This document shows positions 1 through 11,400 of a stretch of 64,000 bases of DNA, in pieces. Numbering within the stretch: position 1 is the first letter of the stretch; every line of letters begins with the position of its first letter. Position numbers and translations under genes: made by a program. Source of the stretch: Octopus sinensis. Lineage: Eukaryota. The stretch spans positions 20,522,001 to 20,586,000 of the forward strand of contig NC_043012.1 in the NCBI RefSeq assembly GCF_006345805.1, in the 5' to 3' direction. Under the pieces are notes generated by a model that worked only from the letters and a program-made list of their open reading frames with translations, was not told the origin of the DNA and did no database searches.

Positions 1-182
1 TATGTCTTTGTGCAGCTGAGGATTGGTCTGCAATTAATGGATGTAATGGTTCTATTGTTCAATTAAATGGAGTTGTATGAAACGATCGTACTGCATTACC
101 TCTGGATATCCTTGTTGCTTACGTATATATATGGAAAAAAGTCAAGATAGAGAATGCTAAAATAATTTTATAAAAAACATTT

Positions 183-218
183 CGGTACCGGTTTCAGACA
201 TTGAGACTTTTTCAACTG
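183..218 (-). ncRNA. Putative degenerate minimal hammerhead ribozyme (U3-A8 core variant), probably in a Penelope-type terminal repeat fragment
   Basis: Minus strand reads TTGAAAA-AGTC-TCAAT-GTCT-GAAA-C-CG-G-TA: core UUGAAAA, stem II with 3/4 pairs, GAAA, palindromic ACCGGT stem III, GUA triplet. Stem I pairs poorly. Confidence 0.3.
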
Positions 219-331
219 TAGGTATGGAAAACAATTAAATTTTGGAAAAGTTAAAAGAAAAGTTATTTAAAGGAATATTTGCATAGTGTTCAAATACAAG
301 TGGCATTTTCCTTGTTTCTACCTGTTTCTCA

Positions 332-337
332 CTCTCT

Positions 338-379
<42 letters not shown>
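332..379. repeat. (CT)n microsatellite
   Basis: Direct reading; one interruption. Confidence 0.97.
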
Positions 380-403
380 GTGGCTACTCATGTGGGGTTG
401 AGT

Positions 404-710
404 TCATTCATTTATTTATTTATTTATTTTATTAGATTCAGCTCAAAGTTGTGGCCATGCTGGGGCACCGCCGTTTTGCTACACTGTTATCATTGGCAAC
501 CTCCTCTGATGAGTCGCATTTGGCGAATAAGGGAGTTTGATGTCGCTACCTTCATTTGCGCCTCCTGCCGCAAAGTAGGTTCATCTCGGACTCTTGACAG
601 GAAGAGATCCAGTTTTGATTTGAAAACATATACATCCACTTTGCATACGTCCCTCAGGTTCTTTTGGAGAATAATAAATATATGTGTGCCCATAATATCG
701 TTGCTATTGT
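404..710 (-). mobile_element. 3' end of a CR1-group (CR1/L2-like) non-LTR retrotransposon, 5'-truncated and decayed
   Basis: ORF 490..771(-) ends ...LQKNLRDVCKVDVYVFKSKLDLFLSRVRDEPTLRQEAQMKVATSNSLIRQM, matching the FKxxLDxFLxxxPDEP...AxSNSL C-terminal motif I recall for invertebrate CR1-group ORF2. It is followed by a short 3' UTR and a (TAAA)n tail at 404-430. Clade assignment is from memory. Confidence 0.75.
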
Positions 711-2516
711 GCAAAAGAATCGTAAGTCCAAAACGTTGCTTTTTCAGAAAACGAAAAAATAGTTTCACCATTCCATAGCAAAAGCTTTGTTCTACACTTT
801 GATCATTTTTGATATCTTGGCATCTGAAGCAGCTGGAGATACGATAGTTTGAACAAGCATAAATAAATATTGAAAAAAGAATGCATTAGGCCAAATATGG
901 ACATATGACAGTTTAACATAGTAGCAACGATATACATTTGTGTGTATGTGAAGCGTGCTCTTGTATGTGGGTGTGTGTATGTGTGTTTTTAATTCCTGGG
1001 GTATCTTTGGGAAAATCTTAATCTTAGACAATGTTTTTTCTTGTTTTTCGAGCTGAGATCAATTCCAAATAATTATGCCTTGAGTAGATTTATGTTCATA
1101 GCAGAAAAAAATTAAGTGGCATTCATTCTTTTTTATCTTTGATCCTTATAAACTCAATCAAATTATTTTAATCATTTTTACTCCATTTGTTTTCATCTTT
1201 CTCCGAGTTAAACAATAGAATTTTAATGAAAATATTTATCATTTACCATCTTTCCCCTACAACAATTTGAATGTAATACAAATAATTACTCCAGAATTTA
1301 CACTCGCTGTACAACATTCCGACACACACTGCAGGTAAAGATAATTAAAACTACGGAGAGAAAATATCATATTGCATTCGATTTATGCTTATTTTATTTT
1401 CGTAAACGATTTCTCCCTTAATGCCACGCAGTGTTAAATATCTTTCATTATAGATAATAAAATACTCTAAAATGAATATTTTATTTTACATCTTTCCATT
1501 ATTTTTCATTTGGATGTTCTCATTTGCTTTCTGGATAATATTTTGCCGTTTTTCTAAATTATTATATTTTGCTTTCCCAAAAATGTTGTGGATCAAATTT
1601 AGTTTAAATAATATTTGCTATTTCATCTTCGAACACATTCCTTAGACGAGAGCCAATTTACAATACACTATATAAGGAAAATATATATGTATATGTCCAT
1701 AGTTATGGTATATTCCGTTAAGAACATAGTTGAGTAAAATATAAAGCTTGTCCACCTTCAGATTTCACCCTGTGCTATCCAGTAGTAATATTATACGTAC
1801 TTTCAGGTTTGCGTTTGGGCATCTGTCGTATGTGAATAGTTAATTGAAAATATTGGATTAAAAAAAGAGTACAATTGAATATTTATTTTTTAATCACAAG
1901 GATTGCCTCTACGCAACGTAGTTCTCCATGCGAGCGGGTAATTGATTATGCAATCCTTTCCCTGAATTATTACATATAATCGTGTTTTCCCAGGCGATAT
2001 GTAAATATTGTCTATGTAAGTTCTAAATCCTCTACTTCAAGAACAACCTCTCTGTCTGTCGTGGTCTAAATTTAGTAGTAGTTACTGACTTTATCAGGAT
2101 GTACATTTGCTGAAGGGCCGTTGACAAACTGCCTTCAATGTGTGGTGATGTAGTGCGAAGGTGGTTCTGCTGTTCTTAAAGTGGTTGCTGTTTTAATGGA
2201 ATTCGCATTTGATTCTTTGTACTGTTGATTTGTCCTTCATGGATGGGTACACATGCAACTATCCTTAGATGACTTTTAAGAAACGCCTATACGTACAGGT
2301 ACGTGTTGGTTCACATATACTTCTATAAGTGTAGTAACGCTAGGACACCTATACACTGATACACAAACAAGCTCACATACACACACGTATTTATATATAT
2401 ATATATATGTCAAAATTTGTCAAAGCCGACAGGAAGCGTCGAATGCCTCCTAGGGATATATAGCGATGGTGTAATTCCCTCTACGGGACTGTCACGTTAT
2501 GTCGACATTATACAAC

Positions 2517-2519
<3 letters not shown>

Positions 2520-2568
<49 letters not shown>

Positions 2569-2629
2569 TATATATTATATATATATTATATATATTATAT
2601 ATTATATATATATATAATATATATATATG

Positions 2630-2682
<53 letters not shown>

Positions 2683-2696
2683 ATATATATATTATA

Positions 2697-2728
<32 letters not shown>

Positions 2729-2770
2729 GGTATATATATATATATATATATTATATATTATATATATATA

Positions 2771-2814
<44 letters not shown>
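2520..2814. repeat. Interrupted (TA)n microsatellite tract
   Basis: Direct reading; explains the YI-repeat ORFs at 2417-3016. Confidence 0.97.
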
Positions 2815-2818
<4 letters not shown>

Positions 2819-2980
2819 AAGCACATACATTCAGGCATAGTATACACGCGGACAGGCATGCATACGTATATATAGAAATATAACTCGATATTTGAAAAAT
2901 GCATATTTGGGACGCTGGCAACATCTCAATATTTTTCCCCATGCTTCTTTACCATATATATATACGTCCATATATATATA

Positions 2981-4216
2981 CAACCATGTTAAAAGGAAAT
3001 AGACACCCCAGAACACATCGTTTTCCGTTTATCCTAACTTGTAAAGGTTTATATTGCTTATCAATTGACATTTTTATGTTTCAGATTGTATATGAGACTG
3101 TTTAATAATGCCATATACCAAAGAAGCCTTGGAACTGTCTGAATTTCAAAGAGGCCGTACTGTGGGTCATGCTGAAGATTGATATAGCCAGCGTAAATTC
3201 GCAGAAAACCTTGAGATCCCGCTTTCTACAGTTAAAAGAGTGATTGTGCAATTCACCAGAGAAGGGAAGGAGTTCACATGACCTTATCCAGCTCAACCAG
3301 GGCCTTCTGACAGAACTCTTCGCTTGTTAAGAGAAGTGTGGAGGATAATCTTCGTTGCAAGATCTCTGGTAAAGCAGAGCAAGTCCCTGAACAGCTGTTA
3401 GGCATCGCTACAAACTTGGTAACTATGGCAGAGCAAGAAGAAAGGAAGCCACATCGTTGACCAACCAATATGAAGCGGAGAAAATATGTGGCCAGTAAGT
3501 TCGTGGAGAGACCATTTTGGGACAATGTCATATTCTCTGATGAGTCCAGATTTACTGTATTTCCCAACAGTAGTTGAGTGTGGGTCTGGAGATTCTCTAA
3601 TCAAGAATTTGATGTGAAAATATTGCAACCAGCAAGGAAACACAGCAGCTATTTTGTGATGGTCTGGAGAACAATTTGAAGCAACGGTTGATAAGAGATG
3701 GTGGAGTGTGAGGGAAAGATAAATTCAAATAACTATGTGTCCATATTGCAGAAAGGGCTCCTTCCAAACTTCTCTAGGAGTGAAATGATTAAAGAAGACT
3801 CTCTGCTTATGGAAAATGAGATTCCTTTTCACATGGTTAAAATGATCCAAGATTTGTTGGAAAAAATGGCATTAGAAAGCTTCCATAGCCAAGACAGTCA
3901 CCAGATATGAATCCTATTGAACACCTCTGGGGTATAATGGACAAGACCTAACAAAAACAGAACAAGAAAGCATCTTCAAAGCCAGATCTTTTGAGATTAT
4001 TGCATGAAACTAAGATAGAAATTCCGCAAGACTATATTCACCATCTGATCAGTAACATGTCTAATAGGACCCTTGCATTGATAAATGCAAAGATCATTCC
4101 TACTAAATATTGAGTGTTCACATTTTAACAACTAACAGATAATTTGAATGTATAATTTCAGAGTTAAATAATTTTTAATGATTATAAGGGTGTTTAATTT
4201 ACTTCTTACATGCCTG
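2981..4216 (+). mobile_element. Decayed full-length Tc1-family (DD34E-type) DNA transposon, ~1.24 kb
   Basis: Left end TA|CAACCATGTTAAAAGGAAATAGACACCC (2981-3008). Right end GGGTGTTTAATTTACTTCTTACATGCCTG|TA (4188-4216). The two align as imperfect TIRs (~22/29), flanked by TA, with an internal transposase pseudogene. Confidence 0.88.
3108..4113 (+). pseudogene. Tc1 transposase pseudogene (stops and frameshifts)
   Basis: N-terminus MPYTKEALELSEFQRGRTVG...[11 protein letters not shown] (paired-like HTH). FWDNVIFSDESRF carries the first D near 3539. The second-D region is decayed (MENEIPFH), SPDMNPIEHLWG carries the final E near 3920, and the frame ends PTKY*. Confidence 0.88.
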
Positions 4217-4267
<51 letters not shown>

Positions 4268-4300
4268 GTGTGTATAGGTATGTATATATGTATATATATA
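4217..4300. repeat. (TA)n-rich microsatellite
   Basis: Direct reading. Confidence 0.93.
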
Positions 4301-4527
4301 ATATGTTAGTAATATTAGTAATAATTTTAGTAATTATAAAAATTAAAATAATATAAATAAAAATAAGAATAAAAATAAAAGTAAAAATAAAAATAATAAC
4401 TTTAATAATTCTTTAAATGTTAATTATAATTATAAATTTAAATCTTATTAAAGTAATATAATAATAGTAATGGTAACAATAATAATGATAGTTTTAATAA
4501 TAATAATAAGAAGAAGAAGAAGAAAAT

Positions 4528-5243
4528 ATGAATAAAATGTGGTTACTAGTTCCTTATGGTGCTCAAGTTAAAACGAACATTATTAAAGAGATTTTAATAT
4601 TATTGAACAATTCATTCAAGATAAACGTAAATATAAAAACATTTTCTCTGGTAGTAATTTTGGAGTAGGTTATTCTACCACTAATAGTGTAGGTAACATT
4701 ATTTCTTCTTTTAACAAATTTAAACTGAATAATTTTTATAAAAATAAATTATATAATAATACCAATAAAAACGTTAAGACACTCATTAACTGTACATGTA
4801 GAGATAAAACTAAATGCAAATTAAATAATAAATGTGATATTAACGATGTGGTGTATAAATGTATAGTTACATTACTTAATGAGAATAATAAGAATAATAA
4901 TAACTTAAACGCGATATATATAGGGTCCACTTCCTCTAAAATAAAATTAAGAATCGCACAGCATCAGCATTCATTTAAAAATAAAACCCTAATTAAATCT
5001 ACTGGACTTAGTAAGTACATTTGGGGACTTAAATCCCAAAATATTAATTATGATTTAACATGGGAAATAATAAGTAAGGCTAAATTATATAGTATAGGTG
5101 GGAATTTTTGTTATTTATGTTCAAATGAGTTTAAGGAAATTTTATTTTATAAGCATGATAATTTAGTGAAAACCTGGGATGGGCGCAAAATAAAATGCAG
5201 ACACAAATTACTTTACTTATATAATAAATTTCTAGATAAATAA
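4528..5243 (+). mobile_element. Penelope-like retroelement, 3' part: RT thumb/linker plus GIY-YIG endonuclease; 5'-truncated, one frameshift near 4615
   Basis: Manual translation gives WLLVPYGAQVKTNIIKEILILLNNSF, then a frameshift, then KNIFSGSNFGVGYSTTNSVGNII...INCTCRDKTKCKLNNKCDINDVVYKC...YIGSTSSKIKLRIAQHQHSF...TGLSKYIWGLK...WEII...CYLCSNE. This follows the PLE pattern WFxPPY..V.TNI / CxC..C.L...C..VVY / YIG.T....R..H..SF / LS..IW.LK / C.LC..E. The frame is open 4587-5243. Confidence 0.88.
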
Positions 5244-5425
5244 TGAATATTTCTTGGCCCTAATTAGCTCCTTATTTGTTGATTTATGTAATAGTATTAA
5301 TCTAAAATATAGTAGGTGATTTCTTACATGTTTTTTATGTTATATTAAAAAAATAATATAATATTCTATTAATTTTATAAATTTATTACTTCATAATAGT
5401 GTTGAGTATTAATAATATGATATAT

Positions 5426-8238
5426 AATATATATATATTTATCTTATAATAAAGTTAAGTTTATATATTTTGTTATATGTCTGTAATAATTTTGTTAAAT
5501 TATAGTTTTGTTAAATTAATCTATATGTATATAATCTCTTTATATTTGAAATAGATTTAGTTGGATGTTTATTTAATCTATTTTATTTAATATAGAAATA
5601 TAGATTAGTAAGATAGAATATATAGATTAAACTTAATTTTTACATCTATGTTTGTATTGAAGTATGAATATAGACATTTATATACGTATTTATTTATATG
5701 ATATATCTATTTGTTTGTGTATGTATACATGTGTATATGTTTATGTACGTGTATATATATGTATATGTATATACAATTATTTATGTGTGTGTGTATGGGT
5801 GTGTGTATATATGTGTATGTGTATGTATGTATGTGCATGTATGTATGAGTATGTATGTATATATATAAATATATGTAAACGCATGTATAGTTATACCTCA
5901 AATTGTGATAAGTATTAGTGATTTTGGTTATGATCACTAGTTTTAAATTATAATTATAAGAGTAAATGGGAAAGAATTTAATAGTACGTAGAGGGGTTAC
6001 TATTAAAAATTTTTTTTATATATTTATTAATCTTATAAGACTTTTAGAGTATATATAATAATTAGTGGTTTTTAATTATTTGATTTATTCTGTATTAAGT
6101 ATTATTTATGATAGTTATTTTATTAATAAATCTTATAGTATTCAGTGATTATATTCTTTATTTGTGACTTCATTCTATTTACAATTATTGATGAACCATA
6201 ACTGTTCCCATTCACAATCTTCATTGATAAAGCATATTTGTTCCTCACGCGTAATGAATTCTTCAACAATGTATTCTTTTTTGCTAATAACGTAATTCCA
6301 CGAGTATTCTTATAAATGCTGTAAAGACGTCTTCCGATTCAAAATTTAGTTCATTACAAAACCACGCTAAGATATATATTTATATTTAAGATCTCTAAAT
6401 TTTAATATTTATAAGTCTTATGGTATAATATTATTGTTTTTTTTATGTATATATCGTTGTATATGCAATTATCGTAATTTTCTATATAATTATTAGGTAT
6501 TAACTTAAAGTTTATTCGTAAGAATCTACTTGGCGATAGATATGTTGTTTGATAGCAAGTATATGAGTTGGTATAAGTTAGATTCATGTATATACATGTA
6601 TTAATAGCATTAATTGTAGTTCTAAATTTCTTGTGATTATTATTTTAACTTATATATTGTCTTTTTAAATTGTTATTTGCTAGTTACATTATACCCATTG
6701 ATAAATATATTTATAGTACTTATTTGTTACTATATAACTACGAATTGATTATTTCTTTAAGTATTTTAAAGATAAGATATTTGAAAGTTATTAAAAGAAA
6801 TAATTAAATAAAATAATAATAAAAATATATATATATTTATCTTATAATAAAGTTAAGTTTATATATTTTGTTATATGTCTGTAATAATTTTGTTAAATTA
6901 TAGTTTTGTTAAATTAATCTATATGTATATAATCTCTTTATATTTGAAATAGATTTAGTTGGATGTTTATTTAATCTATTTTATTTAATATAGAAATATA
7001 GATTAGTAAGATAGAATATATAGATTAAACTTAATTTTTACATCTATGTTTGTATTGAAGTATGAATATAGACATTTATATACGTATTTATTTATATGAT
7101 ATATCTATTTGTTTGTGTATGTATACATGTGTATATGTTTATGTACGTGTATATATATGTATATGTATATACAATTATTTATGTGTGTGTGTATGGGTGT
7201 GTGTATATATGTGTATGTGTATGTATGTATGTGCATGTATGTATGAGTATGTATGTATATATATAAATATATGTAAACGCATGTATAGTTATACCTCAAA
7301 TTGTGATAAGTATTAGTGATTTTGGTTATGATCACTAGTTTTAAATTATAATTATAAGAGTAAATGGGAAAGAATTTAATAGTACGTAGAGGGGTTACTA
7401 TTAAAAATTTTTTTTATATATTTATTAATCTTATAAGACTTTTAGAGTATATATAATAATTAGTGGTTTTTAATTATTTGATTTATTCTGTATTAAGTAT
7501 TATTTATGATAGTTATTTTATTAATAAATCTTATAGTATTCAGTGATTATATTCTTTATTTGTGACTTCATTCTATTTACAATTATTGATGAACCATAAC
7601 TGTTCCCATTCACAATCTTCATTGATAAAGCATATTTGTTCCTCACGCGTAATGAATTCTTCAACAATGTATTCTTTTTTGCTAATAACGTAATTCCACG
7701 AGTATTCTTATAAATGCTGTAAAGACGTCTTCCGATTCAAAATTTAGTTCATTACAAAACCACGCTAAGATATATATTTATATTTAAGATCTCTAAATTT
7801 TAATATTTATAAGTCTTATGGTATAATATTATTGTTTTTTTTATGTATATATCGTTGTATATGCAATTATCGTAATTTTCTATATAATTATTAGATATTA
7901 ACTTAAAGTTTATTCGTAAGAATCTACTTGGCGATAGATATGTTGTTTGATAGCAAGTATATGAGTTGGTATAAGTTAGATTCATGTATATACATGTATT
8001 AATAGCATTAATTGTAGTTCTAAATTTCTTGTGATTATTATTTTAACTTATATATTGTCTTTTTAAATTGTTATTTGCTAGTTACATTATACCCATTGAT
8101 AAATATATTTATAGTACTTATTTGTTACTATATAACTACGAATTGATTATTTCTTTAAGTATTTTAAAGATAAGATATTTGAAAGTTATTAAAAGAAATA
8201 ATTAAATAAAATAATAATAAAAATATATATATATTTAT
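5426..8238 (+). repeat. Near-identical tandem duplication, 2 x 1398 bp (5426-6823, 6824-8221) plus 17 bp of a third copy
   Basis: ORF pairs offset by exactly 1398 (5664/7062, 5707/7105, 6402/7800). The only difference I found is G6497 vs A7895. Units are bounded by AATATATATATATTTAT. Confidence 0.96.
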
Positions 8239-8440
8239 AATTTATAAGTTTAACGTATTATTTAAATAATTTTTTAAAAATTTAACTTACATTTAAATAT
8301 TTTTATTGGATTTTTATATTTTATATTTTAAATTTTTTCTATATATTTTTAAATTAATTTTATTTCTATGTATTGGCTTATGATTTTCACCGTTTGTTTT
8401 GTCTAATAGTGGTTTTATCTCTAATTTAATATATTAAATT

Positions 8441-11400
8441 ATTATTTGTCCTATTTTTAGTTGCTGTTCTATTTTTAGTTTATTTGTCCTATTTTTACTT
8501 GCTGTTCTATTTTTAGTTGCTGTTCTATTTTTAGTTTATTTGTTCTATTTTTAGTTGCTGTTCTATTTTTAGTTTATTTGTTCTATTTTTAGTTTATTTG
8601 TTCTATTTTTAGTTGCTGTTCTATTTTTAGTTTATTTGTACTATTTTTAGTTTCTTTGTCTATTTTGAGTTTATTTGTTCTATTTTTAGTTGCTGTTCTA
8701 TTTTTAGTTGCTGTTCTATGTTTAGTTGTTGTTCTATTTTAAGTTTATTTGTTCTATTTTTAGTTGCTGTTCTATTTTTTTTTATTTGTTCAATTTTTGG
8801 TTTATTTGTTCTATTTTTAGTTTATTTGTTCTATTTTTAGTTTATTTTTCCTATTTTAAGTTGCTGTTCTATTTTAAATTTATTTGTTCTATTTTTAGTT
8901 GCTATTCTATTTTTAGTTTATTTCTTCTATTTTTAGTTGCTGTTCTATTTTTAGTTTATTTGTTCTATTTTTAGTTTATTTGTCTATTTTGAGTTTATTT
9001 GTTCTATTTTTAGTTTCTTTGTTCTATTTTTAGTTTATTTGTTCTATTTTTAGTTTATTTGTTCTATTTTAAGTTTATTTGTTCTATTTTTAGTTTATTT
9101 GTCATATTTTTAGTTGCTGTTCTATTTTTAGTTTATTTGTTCAATTTTTAGATTATTTGTTCTATTTTTAGTTTATTTGTCCTATTTTTAGTTGCTGTTC
9201 TATTCTTAGATTATTTGTTCTATTTATAGTTTATTTGTTCTATTTTTAGTTTATTTGTCCTATTCTTAGTTGCTGTTCTATTTTTAATTTATTTGTTCTA
9301 TTTTTAATTTTTTTCTGTTCTATTTTTAGTTGCTGTTCAATTTTTAGTTTATTCGTTCTATTTTTAGTTTATCTGTCCTATTTTTAGTTTATTTGTTCTA
9401 TTTTAGTTGCTGTTCTATTTTTAGTTTATTTGTTCTATTTTTAGATTATTTGTTCTATTTTTAGTTTATTTGTCCTATTTTTAGTTGCTGTTCTATTCTT
9501 AGATTATTTGTTCTATTTATAGTTTATTTGTTCTATTTTTAGTTTATTTGTCCTATTCTTAGTTGCTGTTCTATTTTTAGTTTATTTGTTCTATTTTTAA
9601 TTTTTTTTCTGTTCTATTTGTAGTTGCTGTTCAATTTTTAGTTTATTCGTTCTATTTTTAGTTTATCTGTTCTATTTTTAGTTTATTTGTTCTATTTTTA
9701 GTTGCTGTTCTATTTTTACTTGCTGTTCTATTTTTAGTTGCTGTTCTATTTTTAGTTTATTTGCTCTATTTTTAGTTTTTTTATCTATTTTTAGTTTATT
9801 TGTTCTATTTTTAGTTTATTTGTTCTATTTTTAGTTTATTTGTTCTATTTTTAGTTGCTGTTCTATTTTTAGTTTATTTGTTCTATTTTTAGTTGCTGTT
9901 CTATTTTTAGTTTATTTGTTCTATTTTTAGTTGCTGTTCTATTTTTAGATTATTTGTTCTATTTATAGTTTATTTGTTCTATTTTTAGTTTATTTGTCCT
10001 ATTCTTAGTTGCTGTTCAATTTTTAGTTTATTCGTTCTCTTTTTAGTTTATCTGTCCTATTTTTAGTTTATTTGTTCTATTTTTAGTTTATTTGTCCTAT
10101 TTTTAGTTTATTTGTTCTATTTTTAGTTGCTCTTCTATTTTTAGTTTATTTGTTCTATTTTTAGTTGCTGTTCTATTTTTACTTGCTGTTCTATTTTTAG
10201 TTGCTGATCTATTTTTAGTTTATTTGCTCTATTTTTAGTGTTTTTTTATCTATTTTTAGTTTATTTGTTCTATTTTTAGTTTATTTGTTCTATTTTAAGT
10301 TTATTTGTTCTATTTTTAGTTGCTGTTCTATTTTTAGTTTATTTGTTCTATATTTAGTTGTGGTTCTATTTTTAGTTTATTTGTTCTATTTTTAGTTGCT
10401 GTTCTATTTTTAGTTTATTTGTACTATTTTTGTTTATTTGTCTATTTTGAGTTTATTTGTTCTATTTTTACTTTCTTTGTTCTATTTATAGTTTATTTGT
10501 ACTATATTTAGTTGCTGTTATATTTTTAGTTTATTTGTTCTATTCTTAGTTGCTGTTCTATTTTAAGTTTATTTGTTCAATTTTTAGTTTATTTGTTCTA
10601 TTTTTAGTTGCTGTTCTATTTTTAGGTTATTTGTTCTATTTTTAGTTTATTTGTCTATTTTGAGTTTAATTGTTCTATTTTTAGTTTATTTGTTCTATTT
10701 TAAGTTTATTTGTTCTATTTTTAGTTTATTTGTCCTATTTTTAGTTGCTGCTCTATTTTTAGTTTATTTGTTCAATTTTTAGTTTATTTGTTCTATTTTT
10801 AGTTTATTTGTCCTAATTTTAGTTGCTGTTCTATTTTTAGATTATTTGTTCTATTTAGAGTTTATTTGTCTATTTTGAGTTTAATTGTTCTATTTTTAGT
10901 TTATTTGTTCTATTTTAAGTTTATTTGTTCTATTTTTAGTTTATTTGTCCTATTTTTAGTTGCTGCTCTATTTTTAGTTTATTTGTTCAATTTTTAGTTT
11001 ATTTGTTCTATTTTTAGTTTATTTGTCCTATTTTTAGTTGCTGTTCTATTTTTAGATTATTTGTTCTATTTATAGTTTATTTGTTCTATTTTTAGTTTAT
11101 TTGTCCTATTCTTAGTTGCTGTTCTATTTTTAGTTTATTTGTTCTATTTTTAATTTTTTTGTGTTCTATTTTTAGTTGCTGTTCACTTTTTAGTTTATTC
11201 GTTCTATTTTTAGTTTATCTGTCCTATTTTTAGTTTATTTTTCCTATTTTTAGTTTATTTGTCCTATTTTTAGTTTATTTGTTCTATTTTTAGTTGCTGT
11301 TCTATTTTTAGTTTATTTGTTCTATTTTTAGTTGCTGTTCTATTTTTACTTGCTGTTCTATTTTTAGTTGCTGTTCTATTTTTTAGTGTATTTGCTCTAT

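Noticed and set aside
380-778. 132-aa plus-strand ORF
   Set aside because: Antisense shadow of the LINE fragment; no recognisable domain.
1290-1340. Possible splice donor GCAG|GTAAAG
   Set aside because: An isolated motif with no supporting reading frame or acceptor.
2417-3105. YI/IY-repeat ORFs; likewise 5664-5937, 7062-7335, 57595-58720, 62825-63965
   Set aside because: Translations of (TA)n, (TG)n and (CATM)n microsatellites or of SINE sequence.
3102-3643. Minus-strand ORFs over the Tc1 element, and 4736..4930 over the PLE
   Set aside because: Antisense to recognisable transposon coding remnants.
6185-6290. Possible hammerhead in the 1398-bp unit (TTGATGA, TTGATAA; TTGAAGA on the minus strand)
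   Set aside because: No correctly placed GAAA or stem pairing.
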